Shown here piece after piece: positions 38,937-52,187 of a DNA stretch of 58,317 nucleotides (its first letter is position 1; every line of letters begins with the position of its first letter). This DNA is from Macrostomum lignano (Eukaryota). The notes below the pieces were generated by a model. That model saw only the letters and a program-made list of their open reading frames with translations. It was not told the origin of the DNA and ran no database searches. Location of the stretch: positions 1 through 58,317 of the forward strand of contig NIVC01002480.1 of NCBI GenBank assembly GCA_002269645.1. Reading direction: 5' to 3'. The translations under genes and the position numbers were made by a program.

Positions 38937-40199
38937 TTACAGAGCGGTCATTGCTACGTCAGCTTGCTGCCCACTTCCGTCACGAGTTGTTAGTTCATGC
39001 CGTCGGTCATGCAGACGCTGAAGGCCAACCAGCTGCCTGGGTGGCCGCTCACTCGCAGCCAGCTGGCGAATGCAGGGTCCGCGGGGCCGGGCGGCGGCCC
39101 GGAACCCAACTCGAAACTGGCGATCTTTCCATAGCAGCACCGCCCAGTTGATGGACTGGTTGATGAGGATCAGAATCTGGCCGATGTCGCTGATGTTGTA
39201 CACTGAGCGAAGGCCGATAACGCCGGCATCGGCGTCGTCACCAAAGACGGTCCGGCGCATGACGATGACGCCGACGGCGCACACGGGCAGGATGGAGATC
39301 AGGAAGATGGCGGACAGCGCCACTACAACCAGAGTCGGCGCCAGTTCCTCCGCCGCTGCCAGTCTGCCGTGTCGTCTGCCACCGCTGCCGACGGAGCTGC
39401 CGCCAAAGAAGTTGCCCGAGGAGCGGCGAAGACGGCAAAGCCGCACAAGAAGAAGAATGTTGCACACTGACACGGCCAGCATCTGGAGGCTGGGCGGCTG
39501 CAGCAGTAACACGGTCGAGAAGATGGTCCACAGACGCACGGAGTCGCCATAGAAAGGCACTGGAAGGCAGGCGATGCGGCCGCCGCCGCCCTGCACCAGG
39601 CGGTGCCAGCCCCAGAATGCTGGCACGGGGCCGGCCATGGCGATGGTCGCCACGAAGGCGCCGGTGGCCGCCTTGGCCGCCGAGCGGAGGCTGAGCGAGC
39701 GCGCCTTCAGCGGCCGGTAGAGGGCGTTCAGACGGTCCAGCGTCATCAGCAGGAACCAGTTGGCCGACAGCGCGTGGAAAAAGTTGTGCGCGAACCGGAA
39801 GCCGCGGCACATGCCGTCCGACATGTTGGAGATAATTATCCCAACGCGGCCACCGGAGAGCCAGGGCAGCCCCTTGGCCAGCACCTGCCAGCCCAGGCCC
39901 CAGCAGATGAGGTTGCCCCAGTCCGACAGCGCAATGCAGGCCAGGTAAAAATGCAGCCGAGTTCGCTGACGAATTCGACGAAAGATCACGTGCACCGTGA
40001 GCAGGTTGCCCACCGTTCCCATGGCAACAGCCACCGGGACCACGGCGCCGGCCAGGAAGCCGAGCACGGTGGCCGTGGCGCAGTCGAGACTGGAGCTGTC
40101 CACCAGGCAGTCCACCTGCAAGTCGAGCAGGGTGTCCAGGTAAGAATCGTTCAGGTAGCGCTGCAGCATCTCGCTGCGCTGATCAGGCGACCAGGGCAT
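38937..40199 (-). CDS. Intronless class-A (rhodopsin-like, peptide-receptor-like) orphan GPCR, 420 aa, copy B (intact)
   Basis: Single ORF with seven hydrophobic segments; GN in TM1, LxxSD in TM2, DRL at the end of TM3, Cys in ECL1/TM3 and ECL2, INWAVLL in place of NPxxY. Confidence 0.9.
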   Translation of the reverse strand: MPWSPDQRSEMLQRYLNDSYLDTLLDLQVDCLVDSSSLDCATATVLGFLAGAVVPVAVAMGTVGNLLTVHVIFRRIRQRTRLHFYLACIALSDWGNLICWGLGWQVLAKGLPWLSGGRVGIIISNMSDGMCRGFRFAHNFFHALSANWFLLMTLDRLNALYRPLKARSLSLRSAAKAATGAFVATIAMAGPVPAFWGWHRLVQGGGGRIACLPVPFYGDSVRLWTIFSTVLLLQPPSLQMLAVSVCNILLLVRLCRLRRSSGNFFGGSSVGSGGRRHGRLAAAEELAPTLVVVALSAIFLISILPVCAVGVIVMRRTVFGDDADAGVIGLRSVYNISDIGQILILINQSINWAVLLWKDRQFRVGFRAAARPRGPCIRQLAASERPPRQLVGLQRLHDRRHELTTRDGSGQQADVAMTAL

Positions 40200-40599
40200 T
40201 GCCGGTGGAGAGGCAGCTGAGCTTCTGACCGAGAATTATAGCGTTCTGAACTTTTATCACGGCAAAGCGGTGATGCATATTTCTGATATCGCCCTATTCG
40301 ATTAATATAGTACAGTATATCGGTAAAGTAAAGTATTCCTACGATAACGCTGGGCTAGCAGGTGTGTTTGCACTTCATTCGACCGCGGCCCAAACCGGGG
40401 GTGTGGCATTTCGCGCTATTCCAGACGCAGGGTGTTATCAAAATTCGTTTGCACTCAAATCAATAGCTACAATAATTTATCGAATGTAGGCCTGCATGTA
40501 AAGCCTTCACGTTTGTTATTCTGAAGTCATTTGTTTAAAGGAGTGCCAATCAACTGCTAATCTCTCTGTAACCATAACATTTTCGTGACCCAGAGCACA

Positions 40600-42075
40600 T
40601 CCTTGGGTCGCTCTGTTTGCTCTGAGTGACGAGACCAGTTGGCCTGTTTGCTCTGACGAGACCAGTTGGCCTGTTTGCTCTGACGAGACCAGTTGGCCTG
40701 TTTGCTCTGACGAGACCTGTTGGCCTGTTTGCTCTGACGAGACCTGTTGGCCTGTTTGCTCTGACGAGACCTGTTGGCCTGTTTGCTCTGACGAGACCAG
40801 TTGGCCTGTTTGCTCTGACGAGACCAGTTGGCCTGTTTGCTCTGACGAGACCTGTTGGCCTGTTTGCTCTGACGAGACCTGTTGGCCTGTTTGCTCTGAC
40901 GAGACCAGTTGGCCTGTTTGCTCTGACGAGACCAGTTGGCCTGTTTGCTCTGACGAGACCAGTTGGCCTGTTTGCTCTGACGAGACCTGTTGGCCTGTTT
41001 GCTCTGAGTGACGAGACCAGTTGGCCTGTTTGCTCTGACGAGACCTGTTGGCCTGTTTGCTCTGACGAGACCAGTTGGCCTGTTTGCTCTGACGAGACCA
41101 GTTGGCCTGTTTGCTCTGACGAGACCTGTTGGCCTGTTTGCTCTGACGAGACCTGTTGGCCTGTTTGCTCTGACGAGACCAGTTGGCCTGTTTGCTCTGA
41201 CGAGACCAGTTGGCCTGTTTGCTCTGACGAGACCAGTTGGCCTGTTTGCTCTGACGAGACCTGTTGGCCTGTTTGCTCTGAGTGACGAGACCAGTTGGCC
41301 TGTTTGCTCTGACGAGACCTGTTGGCCTGTTTGCTCTGACGAGACCTGTTGGCCTGTTTGCTCTGACGAGACCTGTTGGCCTGTTTGCTCTGAGTGACGA
41401 GACCTGTTGGCCTGTTTGCTCTGACGAGACCAGTTGGCCTGTTTGCTCTGACGAGACCTGTTGGCCTGTTTGCTCTGACGAGACCTGTTGGCCTGTTTGC
41501 TCTGAGTGACGAGACCAGTTGGCCTGTTTGCTCTGAACGAGACCTGTTGGCCTGTTTGCTCTGACGAGACCAGTTGGCCTGTTTGCTCTGACGAGACCAG
41601 TTGGCCTGTTTGCTCTGACGAGACCAGTTGGCCTGTTTGCTCTGACGAGACCTGTTGGCCTGTTTGCTCTGACGAGACCTGTTGGCCTGTTTGCTCTGAC
41701 GAGACCTGTTGGCCTGTTTGCTCTGACGAGACCAGTTGGCCTGTTTGCTCTGACGAGACCAGTTGGCCTGTTTGCTCTGACGAGACCTGTTGGCCTGTTT
41801 GCTCTGAGTGACGAGACCAGTTGGCCTGTTTGCTCTGACGAGACCAGTTGGCCTGTTTGCTCTGACGAGACCAGTTGGCCTGTTTGCTCTGAACGAGACC
41901 TGTTGGCCTGTTTGCTCTGAGTGACGAGACCAGTTGGCCTGTTTTCCTGACGAAGTTGGCAACGAGACCTGTTGGCCTGTTTGCTCTGAGTGACAAGATT
42001 TTCCAAGTGACAAGACCTGTTGGCCTGTTTGCTCTGAGTGACAAGATCCATTATCCTGTTTGCTGTGAGTGACGA
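40600..42075. repeat. Minisatellite, 27-bp unit (GACGAGACCAGTTGGCCTGTTTGCTCT) with 31-bp variants
   Basis: Direct; about 50 copies; source of the SEQTGQ/RANRPT pseudo-ORFs. Confidence 0.97.
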
Positions 42076-42529
42076 GATTAACTAGCAGGAACTGAAGTTT
42101 GAGGAAAAACTTTGGACGGTTTCTTTTTACGGGTCATTAGCCGAATGAAATAACGCAGGTTAAGCTGAGTTGGCTGCGGTTAGCACGCAGCTATATAGGC
42201 TGTTTGTAGCGTCAAATTAAAAACAGTCACAGAAAAAACAAATCAATAGTAGCCATTTTAAAGCTGCTGCAGCTGATCAATCAGCACTGAATTTATGTTA
42301 AAATATAAAAGTTCCACCACACGGCAAATCTCTTTTATTTAATCACATTTCTCGAATTGTCAACAAGTGGATATCTACAAAATAGCAAAAGTTTTTAATG
42401 ACAATCTAGACACATAAGCCGGCAATGCATTTTCAACTTGTATCGGTTTTATCGGTTGAAAGAGAGAAAGGTTGAAAATTACAGATTTGTCCAGATTAGC
42501 TTCCAAGCGTGGCTGAGTCAAATCTCAAC

Positions 42530-45500
42530 TCAGGGCCGACGACGCTTCGCAGCCTGGCGGCCTTCCTGAACTCCGGACCGAAATTCCTCAGTCATTCGGT
42601 CAGCCAGCGACCTGCCGCTGCCGTCCGACATGATGGCTGTAAAGGCAGTAAATAAAAAAGAACACATTTTCACCATGCTACTTACAGTACGATAACACGA
42701 AGCCTGTTTTCTTCAACATCAAAAGCTGTCAATTAACTTACATTTTCGCAGCTTAAGCAGTACCTGAGCTGTGACCCTGGCTGCTTGCCTAATGATTGGT
42801 GATCGGTACAACTGCAAACAAGATAATTGTTATAATTAAAATAACTAGCATTGTAAACCTACTTAGTACCTAGTACACAATTAGGCCTAGATAACGAGAT
42901 TCTTACCTGTTCTGACAGCTTGTGTTCGTTCTGGGAAATTAGTCTAAAAATGAAAGATAAAATTGCATGTTGTCAAATAAATTTTCAAATTGTAAAGAAG
43001 CTTTTTAGTGAGAAAATATCAATTAAATTATCCTGCATTTGAGCTAAAAATGTTTGAATATTCTTTTAATTTCAGCTGGAGTGCACCATGCCACCTCATA
43101 TATTTGGGAATGATTTCTCAGCTTGGCACTTGTGACTTACATGCCCAGCTATTATTTGAGGATGGTTTGAGGTTGATGGCGTACATAATGAGGTTGTGTA
43201 ACATTAGCACTGACCTTTCTTCACATTTTCTAGTTTAACTCCTAAACAAAACCAGATAAAAGGAAATTCAAATGACAAGTTTTTTGTTGAAAATTTATCT
43301 TTAGTTTGACACATAAACATAAAAATTGGTCATTGGTCATTGGTTTTTAGTTTGTTATTCTACATAAATAATGAATTCAAAAATGGAAAATGCATACAAA
43401 ACAGTGTACATAATGGAAAACATTTTTAGTCCTGGCATACAAATGTAGTCCTGTACTTTCTCCTAATGAACATGGCATACACATAATACACAAATCTAAA
43501 CTATGGTCTGTATTAAAAAATTTAAATATTATTATAATTGTAATTTTAGTGACATTAAAAAAAGAAAAATACATAAATTTCAAAATAAGATTATTATTTT
43601 CTTTTATCTTCTTTATCTTATTTTATGACTAGGGCCTTAATGCATTTTGCAGAACATATAGTATAATTTGTTATATTGCTATATAATAGCTAACTATATA
43701 CTAGGCCTAATGCAAGGTGTGCATTTCTTTTTTCTTGGCATACTGCACACAATTAAAAATTTGACTGAGGATTTGTTATGGCCATAGTCAAGAATATGGA
43801 CTTTTTCATGAAAAATTCCAATGCAAAAAGGGGTTGGACATGCGCTATACTGGCACATTCTGGTGCAAAAGTAGGCAAAGGAGAAAAATCTGATGCAATA
43901 TGGCATGGCACAAAGACAAAAAAATTAGCACAATTTGGTGCAATTTGGTGCAAGACAAAAACACTTCCAATGAGACAATATTTTCTCCAACAAAAATAGC
44001 ATGTAATTTCTTTTTATTAGCACTTTTTGTTTGCTAGTATATTGATGACTTTTAATTAATTAACATTAACATTGTATTTTCTATGAAACAGAATAAAATA
44101 TAAGTTTTACTAGTAAAGTTGCAATATATGGCAGGAGCAAACTTTTTTTATGGGAATAGTTCCGGCGCATGGTGCAAGCCAGGGTCAGGATTGTGTACTA
44201 CTATATGCTGGAATGAAAATTGCTTCCATAGCTCATGTATACCAATGTATGCCAACAAACTTTTTATTGTATACAAAAATATGCCAAAATAAAAATACAA
44301 ATTACAACCAATATTAACAGCTTGCAAAACTAAGGTAAACCTGGTTTTTTAAATTAAGTTTTCTGTTTTTTGTAAAGGGCGAGCTATTCTTTCTGATCAA
44401 AATTTAGCTACTGTAACTATGTACATCAGTACATAGAAACTAGGCCCTACACCAAATGTAAACTTTTAATTTTTGTATGTTAATTGTGTCGATTGATTGG
44501 GACTTGGAACTTTTGGTCCCACTTGCTGTCTAGGAAATCTCTATATGCTAAGCTATATGCCAAGAGGGCACGCCAGGCCTATCTGTACGCCAAGTTGTAG
44601 GCTCATTCTAGATAATGTGTGGGTTCCCCGACAGATATTCACCCGACAGATATATTTTTCTTCGGGCAGATAATTCAAACAAAAAATGAATTTATGTTTC
44701 GGGATACATTTCTTACTCTGACGCCATATTCAGCTTTAAAAATTTGTAAGCAGAATTTTTCTGACCCAAAGAAAAAAAAATTGGCATGAATGCAGTGTGT
44801 CAAAAGACGAATTCATTGGCACCCATTACAAACACATTTTGGAAGCAAATATCTCGGGAAATACAAAAGGAAATCACGTGTCTAAGATGTCATTGCAAAG
44901 CTGAGACATGCGTCAAGAAGTGATAAAAGTTTCAGAGCAAATGATTGAAGCATTGAGACGCAGCGATAAATCAAAGTTTTGGTTTATCTTGGTTGAAGAT
45001 CGTTGATCAACAAAAACTTTGATTTATCGCTGTGTCTCAATGCTTCAATCATTTGCTCTGAAACTTTTATCACTTCTTGACGCATGTCTCAGCTTTGCAA
45101 TGACATCTTAGACACATGATTTCCTTTTGTATTTCCCGAGATATTTGCCTCCAAAATGTGTCTGCAATGGGTGCCAATGAATTCGTCTGAATCTGTCGGG
45201 TGAATATCCGTCGGGGAACCCACACATTTCTAGATAAGATGGACATATTTGGAAAATAGAAAAGAGTCAATATTTTTGCTTACCATTGCCTTATCAGCCA
45301 TTTTTTTTGCCAAATGTTTTAGGTGTGTAATATATACAATCTAAGAATATATTAATGGTAAAATGTTGGATTAGTATATTATCAATAGGCAAAAAGTCAT
45401 TTTTGGAAAAATTTGGACATTTTTCTAAGCAAAAGACATCATTAACTTTGTGTACCTTTTAAAAACAAATAGAAAGCTTTGGGAGTTTGAAATAAACTAT

Positions 45501-46605
45501 AGATAAAATTATAGTACTTGCATAATCAGATAAAAACATTAGCAACCAGATAATCTATTATATTTTTAATATATTGATACCTCAAAGTTACTAAATTGAC
45601 AGAAAAAAATATGTTACGACCATAATGTTATAACCATAAGGCTGCCTTTTCTTTTTTATCTTTGTTGCCTTTATGAGTTTATATATTCTAATAAAAGAAT
45701 ATGATTTCTAAAGATGTTCTTAGTCAAATTTAAAAAATGTATTGCAAAATATCAAAAATGAAAAATGTTATAAGACTTTTATCTTTTAGTTTCTGTGTCA
45801 AAAATCCTGTTGTTAGTGCCATTCAAGGTTTAATAGCATCTATACTAATGATGATATCTATATGAAACTATATAGTATATAAATATATTATTGACAAAAT
45901 AATCCTTTATTCAAAATATTGGTTTACTATTATTAGATTTCATTTTATAAGTAAAAATAGCCTGTCATGTTATGACCATAATTATATGGAATGGCCCTAT
46001 AGCATGTAGTCTAAGTCATTTTGTATACCAGAGTTTTCTAGTGCATACATGTATACCATCTAGAGTCTTGTGTGCAAACAAAATTTTTCTGATAAGATTT
46101 GTTCTGGCACTTGGCACAATCAAACTCTTATGATAGGATTCATTCTAGCACAGGTGTGCCATGATCCTATGGCTGTGGCACACATGGTGCACCTTCCTGA
46201 CCATGGCATTGGATGGTTCCTTTAGAAATTTATGTCAAGAAATAATTATAGTACAAAAAAACAAATTACCTATATGGCCTAATGAAGAAACTAACTTCAA
46301 CATATGCGGTATGCCTAGTAATATTAAAATTATTGCTTCAATGCCAAGCCAAGGCCAGGGCTGCTAGGCCCCCCTCCCAGGGTCCTGATCCTGACTACAT
46401 GTCTATATGTGGAATAAAATATTTGTTTAAATTATTCTATTGAATTAAAATCGTATATACAATTTATTTTTACACCTTTAACTGCGTGCAAATTGATAAA
46501 TTATTTTCTATTCATCAGCTTTTGAAAAGTTAACTTACTGTGAAAAAATACGAGCAATAATATTAGGTAGCATGATGCTTTCTTTATTATCTCTTTCGAG
46601 GGGAG
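42530..46605 (-). CDS. Candidate small micro-exon gene, product unknown
   Basis: Short segments bounded by AG and strong GT donors: 46539-46605 (GTAAGT), 45581-45590, 45284-45340 (GTAAGC), 43215-43241 (GTCAGT), 43141-43148 (GTAAGT), 42907-42930 or 42907-42943 (GTAAGA), 42764-42788, terminal exon 42530-42636 (..IMSDGSGRSLADRMTEEFRSGVQEGRQAAKRRRP*). AATAAA on the minus strand near 42335-42340. One linking exon was not found. Confidence 0.4.
44607..45234. mobile_element. Foldback/MITE element: ~45-bp terminal inverted repeats plus an internal 176-bp inverted repeat (44805-44980 / 45013-45188)
   Basis: Ends TCTAGATAATGTGTGGGTTCCCCGACAGATATTCACCCGACAGA and its near-perfect reverse complement; internal arms pair with only a few mismatches around a 32-nt loop. 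Confidence 0.85.
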
Positions 46606-47860
46606 CTAATATCAAGAAGCTGCTTGCAAGAGCGAAATATTGAAACTCAGATGATATTAGCTTCAGTTTAGTTAAAATAACAAACCGAAACTGAATCAAA
46701 CAGGTATTAAAGGCATAATTCAAAGACCTACGGTGTCTATTTACTTCATTTCTAGGAATTATAAAAACTGAAAAGGAATTTCACTTAACAAAATAGATAA
46801 TAGAGCAATTTAATAACTTGTATTTATTGTGTAAATTTATTTCTATATAGTTAATCGTTTACTTAATGAACTTAAACTTAAAACTTAAACTTAATGAGTT
46901 TTTAAAAATAATAAATCAATTTTGAACTCCCTGGCCACGAAAAGGACCGAGATTGGTTATTCAGATGTGGCAAAATATGTCAAGCCCAGATGTTTAATAT
47001 TAAGACAATTTTTAAACGTCTTCTTACTTCGGATTAGCTCGGCGATAAGATGAATACTTTCATTGTGGAAATCTACCGTTCAAAAGTGAGACAATAATAT
47101 CCTTGAGCAGACCAGGAATTAATTACAGTACTCGTATGGTTATGCAGTTAAACGAGTTTTCATGAGCGACATGTAGTAAATGTCAATATTTTGCAGCCAA
47201 GTACTTCAGAAGATTCGACAAAATTTAAATCGTCTTTTGCAACGACTTTACTTGCGCAGCATTATCGCTTAATGCATGTAAGTGATACATATACATGTAA
47301 GTGACTGGCATCTTGGGCATGCACATGGATTTGATTAGGCTGTTACAATGCACACTGTTAAAATATTTAAACTTTGTATTGGGCCGTTTTAGGTGGCACC
47401 TGGCTGGCCGTACTTCAAGAAATTATGCATTAAAAATTAAGTTAACTGACTCATACATCATTTTTATGGCGAATTACAAGCCTACCGAAACTGTGTAAAT
47501 AGGATATACTGAACTAAACGTTTATTGACAAGTAGACATGTATATGTAACTTTGTGACAGTAGTTCGGGTAATACATGCATAAAAATGGTGCAATACAAC
47601 ATTTAGAAAAGAAAGCGTAATTAGTACTCGTATACATTTGTTGCAATAGCAACGAGACTCAATTAACACCCCGAATACAGAAGCAGTGCAGTGAGGGAAT
47701 GGGTGTTAGAAAAAGTAAAATAAAAAGGCACATAACAAAACTTTGAGTATATGACTGAAAAATTAAAGATATAAAACAGACAAATAAATTGCACAACAAC
47801 AAATAAGGCTTTGACCATAATTTAACACCGTAAAATTAGTTTGAACAAGCTAAAATAGCC

Positions 47861-50800
47861 TTAATGCCAACGAAGCTTAACAGTTTCATCAGATCTATCT
47901 GCTGTTGAATGAGTCGAATTAGGTGCCATCGAGGAGTTTCTGTTCGAGCAGTGCGGCTCGCGACTTGGTCGCTTCAAAGAATAAATCAGGAAGTCCAGCA
48001 CGTACATCTGTCGAGGGGTTACGTAGTGAAACGATATCGAGGTATCGCTACAGCATTCGGGACCCTGGAATTAAAGGTGGTGTGGGAAGATGCTTTTTAC
48101 TAACAACTGCTTAAACACAATGGGAATTTCTGTTTAGGCATAACCAAGGTACAGAACTCTGAGCCCCAGTCTGAGCACAGGGTGGAGTCCCAGTCTGAGC
48201 ACAGGGTGGAGTCCCAGTCTGAGCACAGGGTGGAGTCCCAGTCTGAGCACAGGGTGGAGTCCCAGTCTGAGCACAGGGTGGAGTCCCAGTCTGAGCACAG
48301 GGTGGAGTCCCAGTCTGAGCACAGGGTGGAGTCCCAGTCTGAGCACAGGGTAGAGAGTCCCAGTCTGAGCACAGGGTAGAGAGTCCCAGTCTGAGCACAG
48401 GGTGGAGAGTCCCAGTCTGAGCACAGGGTGGAGTCCCAGTCTGAGCACAGGGTGGAGTCCCAGTCTGAGCACAGGGTGGAGTCCCAGTCTGAGCACAGGG
48501 TGGAGTCCCAGCTCCATCGTATCAGCTCACCTCTCGCAGAGGATAATAATTGTAGCGGCGCAGCCAGTTACCAGGCGGAATGCCGCCCGGAGGCAGGTGT
48601 TGCTCGGGCTGGAACGGGTGAAATCTCTCTCGGCCAAGGCTGTCCAGCGAGTTCAGCACGCGTACGCCGAGCATGTTCATACAGGAGCCTGGGATCAGTG
48701 CGTTAGTAGTGAGATATATAAAAATTTCATGTAGTACTAGACTACTGGTATATAAAACAATATTTAATTTTTTAAAGTAGTTGCAAGACTTATAGTCCAA
48801 AAAGTACTTTCAAAGTTTATAGTCCAGAATAGTACTTTCAAATCAAAGGATATGCTTCTGGAGGTCTAGGATGTTTATAAAAATTAAAGAAACAGTTTTA
48901 AAGTGCAATATCTACTTTAGAAAGCTCTCCTAAAGGCCTCTTAAGATTGCAGGATGATTCCAATAAAGTACACGAAGCACTTTAACATCGGAGCAAGCGC
49001 GCACCCAGATTAACGTCCTCGCTAATAAACTGGCCAGAGCAGGCGGAGTCCCGGCTAGGCAGGCCCAGGTCAACAAATTTGCGCACGGCTGCTCTAGACA
49101 GCACGTAGCCGGCCCCGCCGGACATGTAACCCTGCCGGACAAATGGCCGGAATCTCCGGCCGCTGTACAACGGCTCGTCGGGATCAGCGTCGGCCAGCAG
49201 ACTGCGCAGGTTGTCAATCACTACGTAGGTGTCGTCGTCGGCCTTCAAAAAGAAATCGTACTTGGCTAGAAGGCCGCTGCGTTGAAGATAGCTCAGAGCC
49301 GCTGTGGTCTTCTTCCACAGATTGGCCCGACCTTCGGGCACGTCCAGGGCTGCGGAGGTGGCCAGTTTGAGCAGGATGTGCTTGGGATTCGGAGGCACTG
49401 ATCTACCAGTGACCAACTTGGGATTCGGAGGCACTGATCTACCACAGTGACCAACTTGGGATTCAGAGGCACTGATCTACCAGTGACCAACTTGGGATTC
49501 GGAGGCACTGATCTACCACAGTGACCAACTTGGGATTCAGAGGCACTGATCTACCACAGTGACCAACTTGAGATTCGGAGGCACTGATCTACCACAGTGA
49601 CCAACTTGGGATTCAGAGGCACTGATCTACCAGTGACCAACTTGAGATTTGGAGGCACTGATCTACCACAGTGACCAACTTGGGATTCAGAGGCACTGAT
49701 CTACCACAGTGACCAACTTGAGATTCGGAGGCACTGATCTACCACAGTGACCAACTTGGGATTCGGAGGCACTGATCTACCACAGTGACCAACTTGAGAT
49801 TCGGAGGCACTGATCTACCACAGTGACCAACTTGGGATTCGGAGGCACTGATCTACCACAGTGACCAACTTGAGATTCGGAGGCACTGATCTACCACAGT
49901 GACCAACTTGAGATTCGGAGGCACTGATCTACCACAGTGACCAACTTGAGATTCGGAGGCACTGATCTACCACAGTGACCAACTTGAGATTCGGAGGCAC
50001 TGATCTACCACAGTGACCAACTTGGGATTCAGAGGCACTGATCTACCACAGTGACCAACTTGGGATTCAGAGGCACTGATCTACCACAGTGACCAACTTG
50101 GGATGCAAAGGCACTGATCTACCACAGTGACCAACTTGAGATTCGGAGGCACTGATCTACCACAGTGACCAACTTGGGATTTGGAGGCACTGATCTACCA
50201 CAGTGACCAACTTGGGATTCAGAGGCACTGATCTACCACAGTGACCAATTGGGATTCAGAGGCACTGATCTACCAGTGACCAACTTGGGATTCAGAGGCA
50301 CTGATCTACCACAGTGACCAACTTGGGATGCAAAGGCACTGATCTACCACAGTGACCAACTTGAGATTCAGAGGCACTGATCTACCAGTGACCAACTTGG
50401 GATGCAAAGGCACTGATCTACCACAGTGACCAACTTGGGATTCGGAGGCACTGATCTACCACAGTGGCAAACTGAGGTTGAAGAAGCGCAAACAGATTAC
50501 CATGAGAGCTCACCAACAGAAGGCAGAGACGGATCAGAAACGGTGCTCATAAAGGTGTACCCGTTGCATCTGGACAACCAGGTTGACTTCACGTGATAAG
50601 CCTTACTGGCGTGATTCTCCGGCGAGGTGACTACCCAGCAGAAAATTCGAACCCGCGACCATAGTGGATCGCCGCTAGACCGAGGCTGTTTCTTGACAGA
50701 CTGCGGCCCGGGCTGCAGTGGCTGCTGGAGCTCCACATGTGGCAGATAGGCCTGAGAGGCTGGACGCCAGCAGTTGCGCTGTTGCCAGGCCGGGAACAGG

Positions 50801-50868
50801 CCCAGACTGATGATGCTGCCCAGGCAGAAGGAGACTGCGCAGCTGCCTAGCAACAGGCAGTTCCGCAT
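47861..50868 (-). CDS. C1GALT1: Glycoprotein-N-acetylgalactosamine 3-beta-galactosyltransferase 1 (core-1 synthase, GT31 family), ~353 aa
   Basis: Exons 50514-50868, 49005-49349, 48531-48688, 47861-48064, phase-consistent. Type II membrane anchor, RVRIFCWVVTSPENH, YDFFLKADDDTYV (DxD motif), GYMSGGAGYVLS, EDVNLG, RERFHPF, CCSDTSISFHYV. Confidence 0.95.
48165..48512. repeat. Intronic minisatellite, 24-bp unit (GGTGGAGTCCCAGTCTGAGCACAG)
   Basis: Direct repetition within C1GALT1 intron 3. Confidence 0.96.
49380..50465. repeat. Intronic minisatellite, 38-bp unit (GTGACCAACTTGGGATTCGGAGGCACTGATCTACCACA) with 36-bp variants
   Basis: Direct repetition within C1GALT1 intron 1. Confidence 0.96.
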
Positions 50869-50929
50869 GGGCTGGATTGGGGAAGCGGTTGCCAGGGTAA
50901 TTAGAGGCTAGTATTGGGACGATTCTATG

Positions 50930-51262
50930 CTTGATGGGCGATTCTAGATAGCTGAGGGGCGATTCTAGATGGCTGAGGGGCGATTCTAGATGGCTGAGGG
51001 GCGATTCTAGATAGCTGAGGGGCAATTCTAGATGGCTGAGGGGCGATTTTAGATGGCTGCTGGTTGATTAAATATGGCTGATTAGCGATTCTAGATGGCT
51101 GAGGGGCGATTCTAGATGGCTGAGGGGCGATTCTAGATGGCTGAGGGGCGATTCTAGATGGCCCATGGGCGATTCTAGATGGCTCATGGGCGATTCTAGA
51201 TGGCTGCTGGTTGATTAAATATGGCTGATTGGCGATTCTAGATGGCTGCTGGACGATTCTAG
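50930..51262. repeat. Minisatellite, 21-bp unit (GGCGATTCTAGATGGCTGAGG)
   Basis: Direct repetition just upstream of the C1GALT1 start. Confidence 0.93.
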
Positions 51263-51469
51263 AGAGAACTGCTTATAGTTACTTGTAAACATAAAATTAT
51301 GAGAACACAAATGAACAATCCATAAAATTGGCTAATCTATAAGGTTCACATTTATTCTATAAAAAATTCGAAATTTATAAGTAAGAACAATGGTACAAAA
51401 TTAGCATGACGTACATGCGCTGAACAACGAGCGCAATTATGATAGCTATTACAGTATGATTCCTACCAT

Positions 51470-52127
51470 AGACTGTAGGGCGATGCTTATCATAGACCGA
51501 AGGGCGATTCCTATCTTAGACCGTAGGGCGATTCCTACCATGGACCGTAGGGCGATTCCCATGAAGGACCGTAGGGCGATTCCCATGAAGGACCGTAGGG
51601 CGATTCCCATGAAGGACCGTAGGGCGATTCCCATGAAGGACCGTAGGGCGATTTCCATGAAGGACCGTAGGGCGATTCTCATGAAGGACCGTAGGGCGAT
51701 TTCCATGAAGGACCGTAGGGCGATTCCTACCATGGACCGTAGGGCGATTCCTACCATGGACCGTAGGGCGATTCCTACCATGGACCGTAGGGCGATTCCT
51801 ACCATGGACCGTAGGGCGATTCCCATGAAGGACCGTAGGGCGATTCCCATGAAGGACCGTAGGGCGATTCCCATGAAGGACCGTAGGGCGATTCCCATGA
51901 AGGACCGTATGGCGATTCCCATGAAGGACCGTATGGCGATTCCCATGAAGGACCGTAGGGCGATTCTCATGAAGGACCGTAGGGCGATTTCCATGAAGGA
52001 TCGTAGGGCGATTCCTATAATAGACCGTATGGCGATTCCCATGAAGGACCGTAGGGCGATTCCTACCATAGACCGTAGGGCGATTCCTACCATAGACCGT
52101 AGGGCGATTCCTATTATAGACGATAGG
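51470..52127. repeat. Minisatellite, 24-bp unit (GGCGATTCCCATGAAGGACCGTAG)
   Basis: Direct repetition just downstream of the ECI1 stop. Confidence 0.96.
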
Positions 52128-52187
52128 GCGAGTCACAGGCTCAAAAAATGTCAGAATTATCCACACGCAGAGCATTATTATGATGAA

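Noticed and set aside
40516-42051. Very long ORFs (up to 511 aa) in several frames, and similar ORFs at 4964-5624, 22019-23153, 26404-27694, 28999-29676, 32125-33644, 34132-35373 and 51449-52385
   Set aside because: They coincide exactly with stop-free tandem repeats, are open in multiple frames and on both strands, and mostly lie inside introns of identified genes
42530-46573. Assigning the micro-exon candidate to a known small-protein family (for example NCBP2AS2-like)
   Set aside because: The resemblance is limited to general length and a basic C-terminus; the conserved core motif was not found
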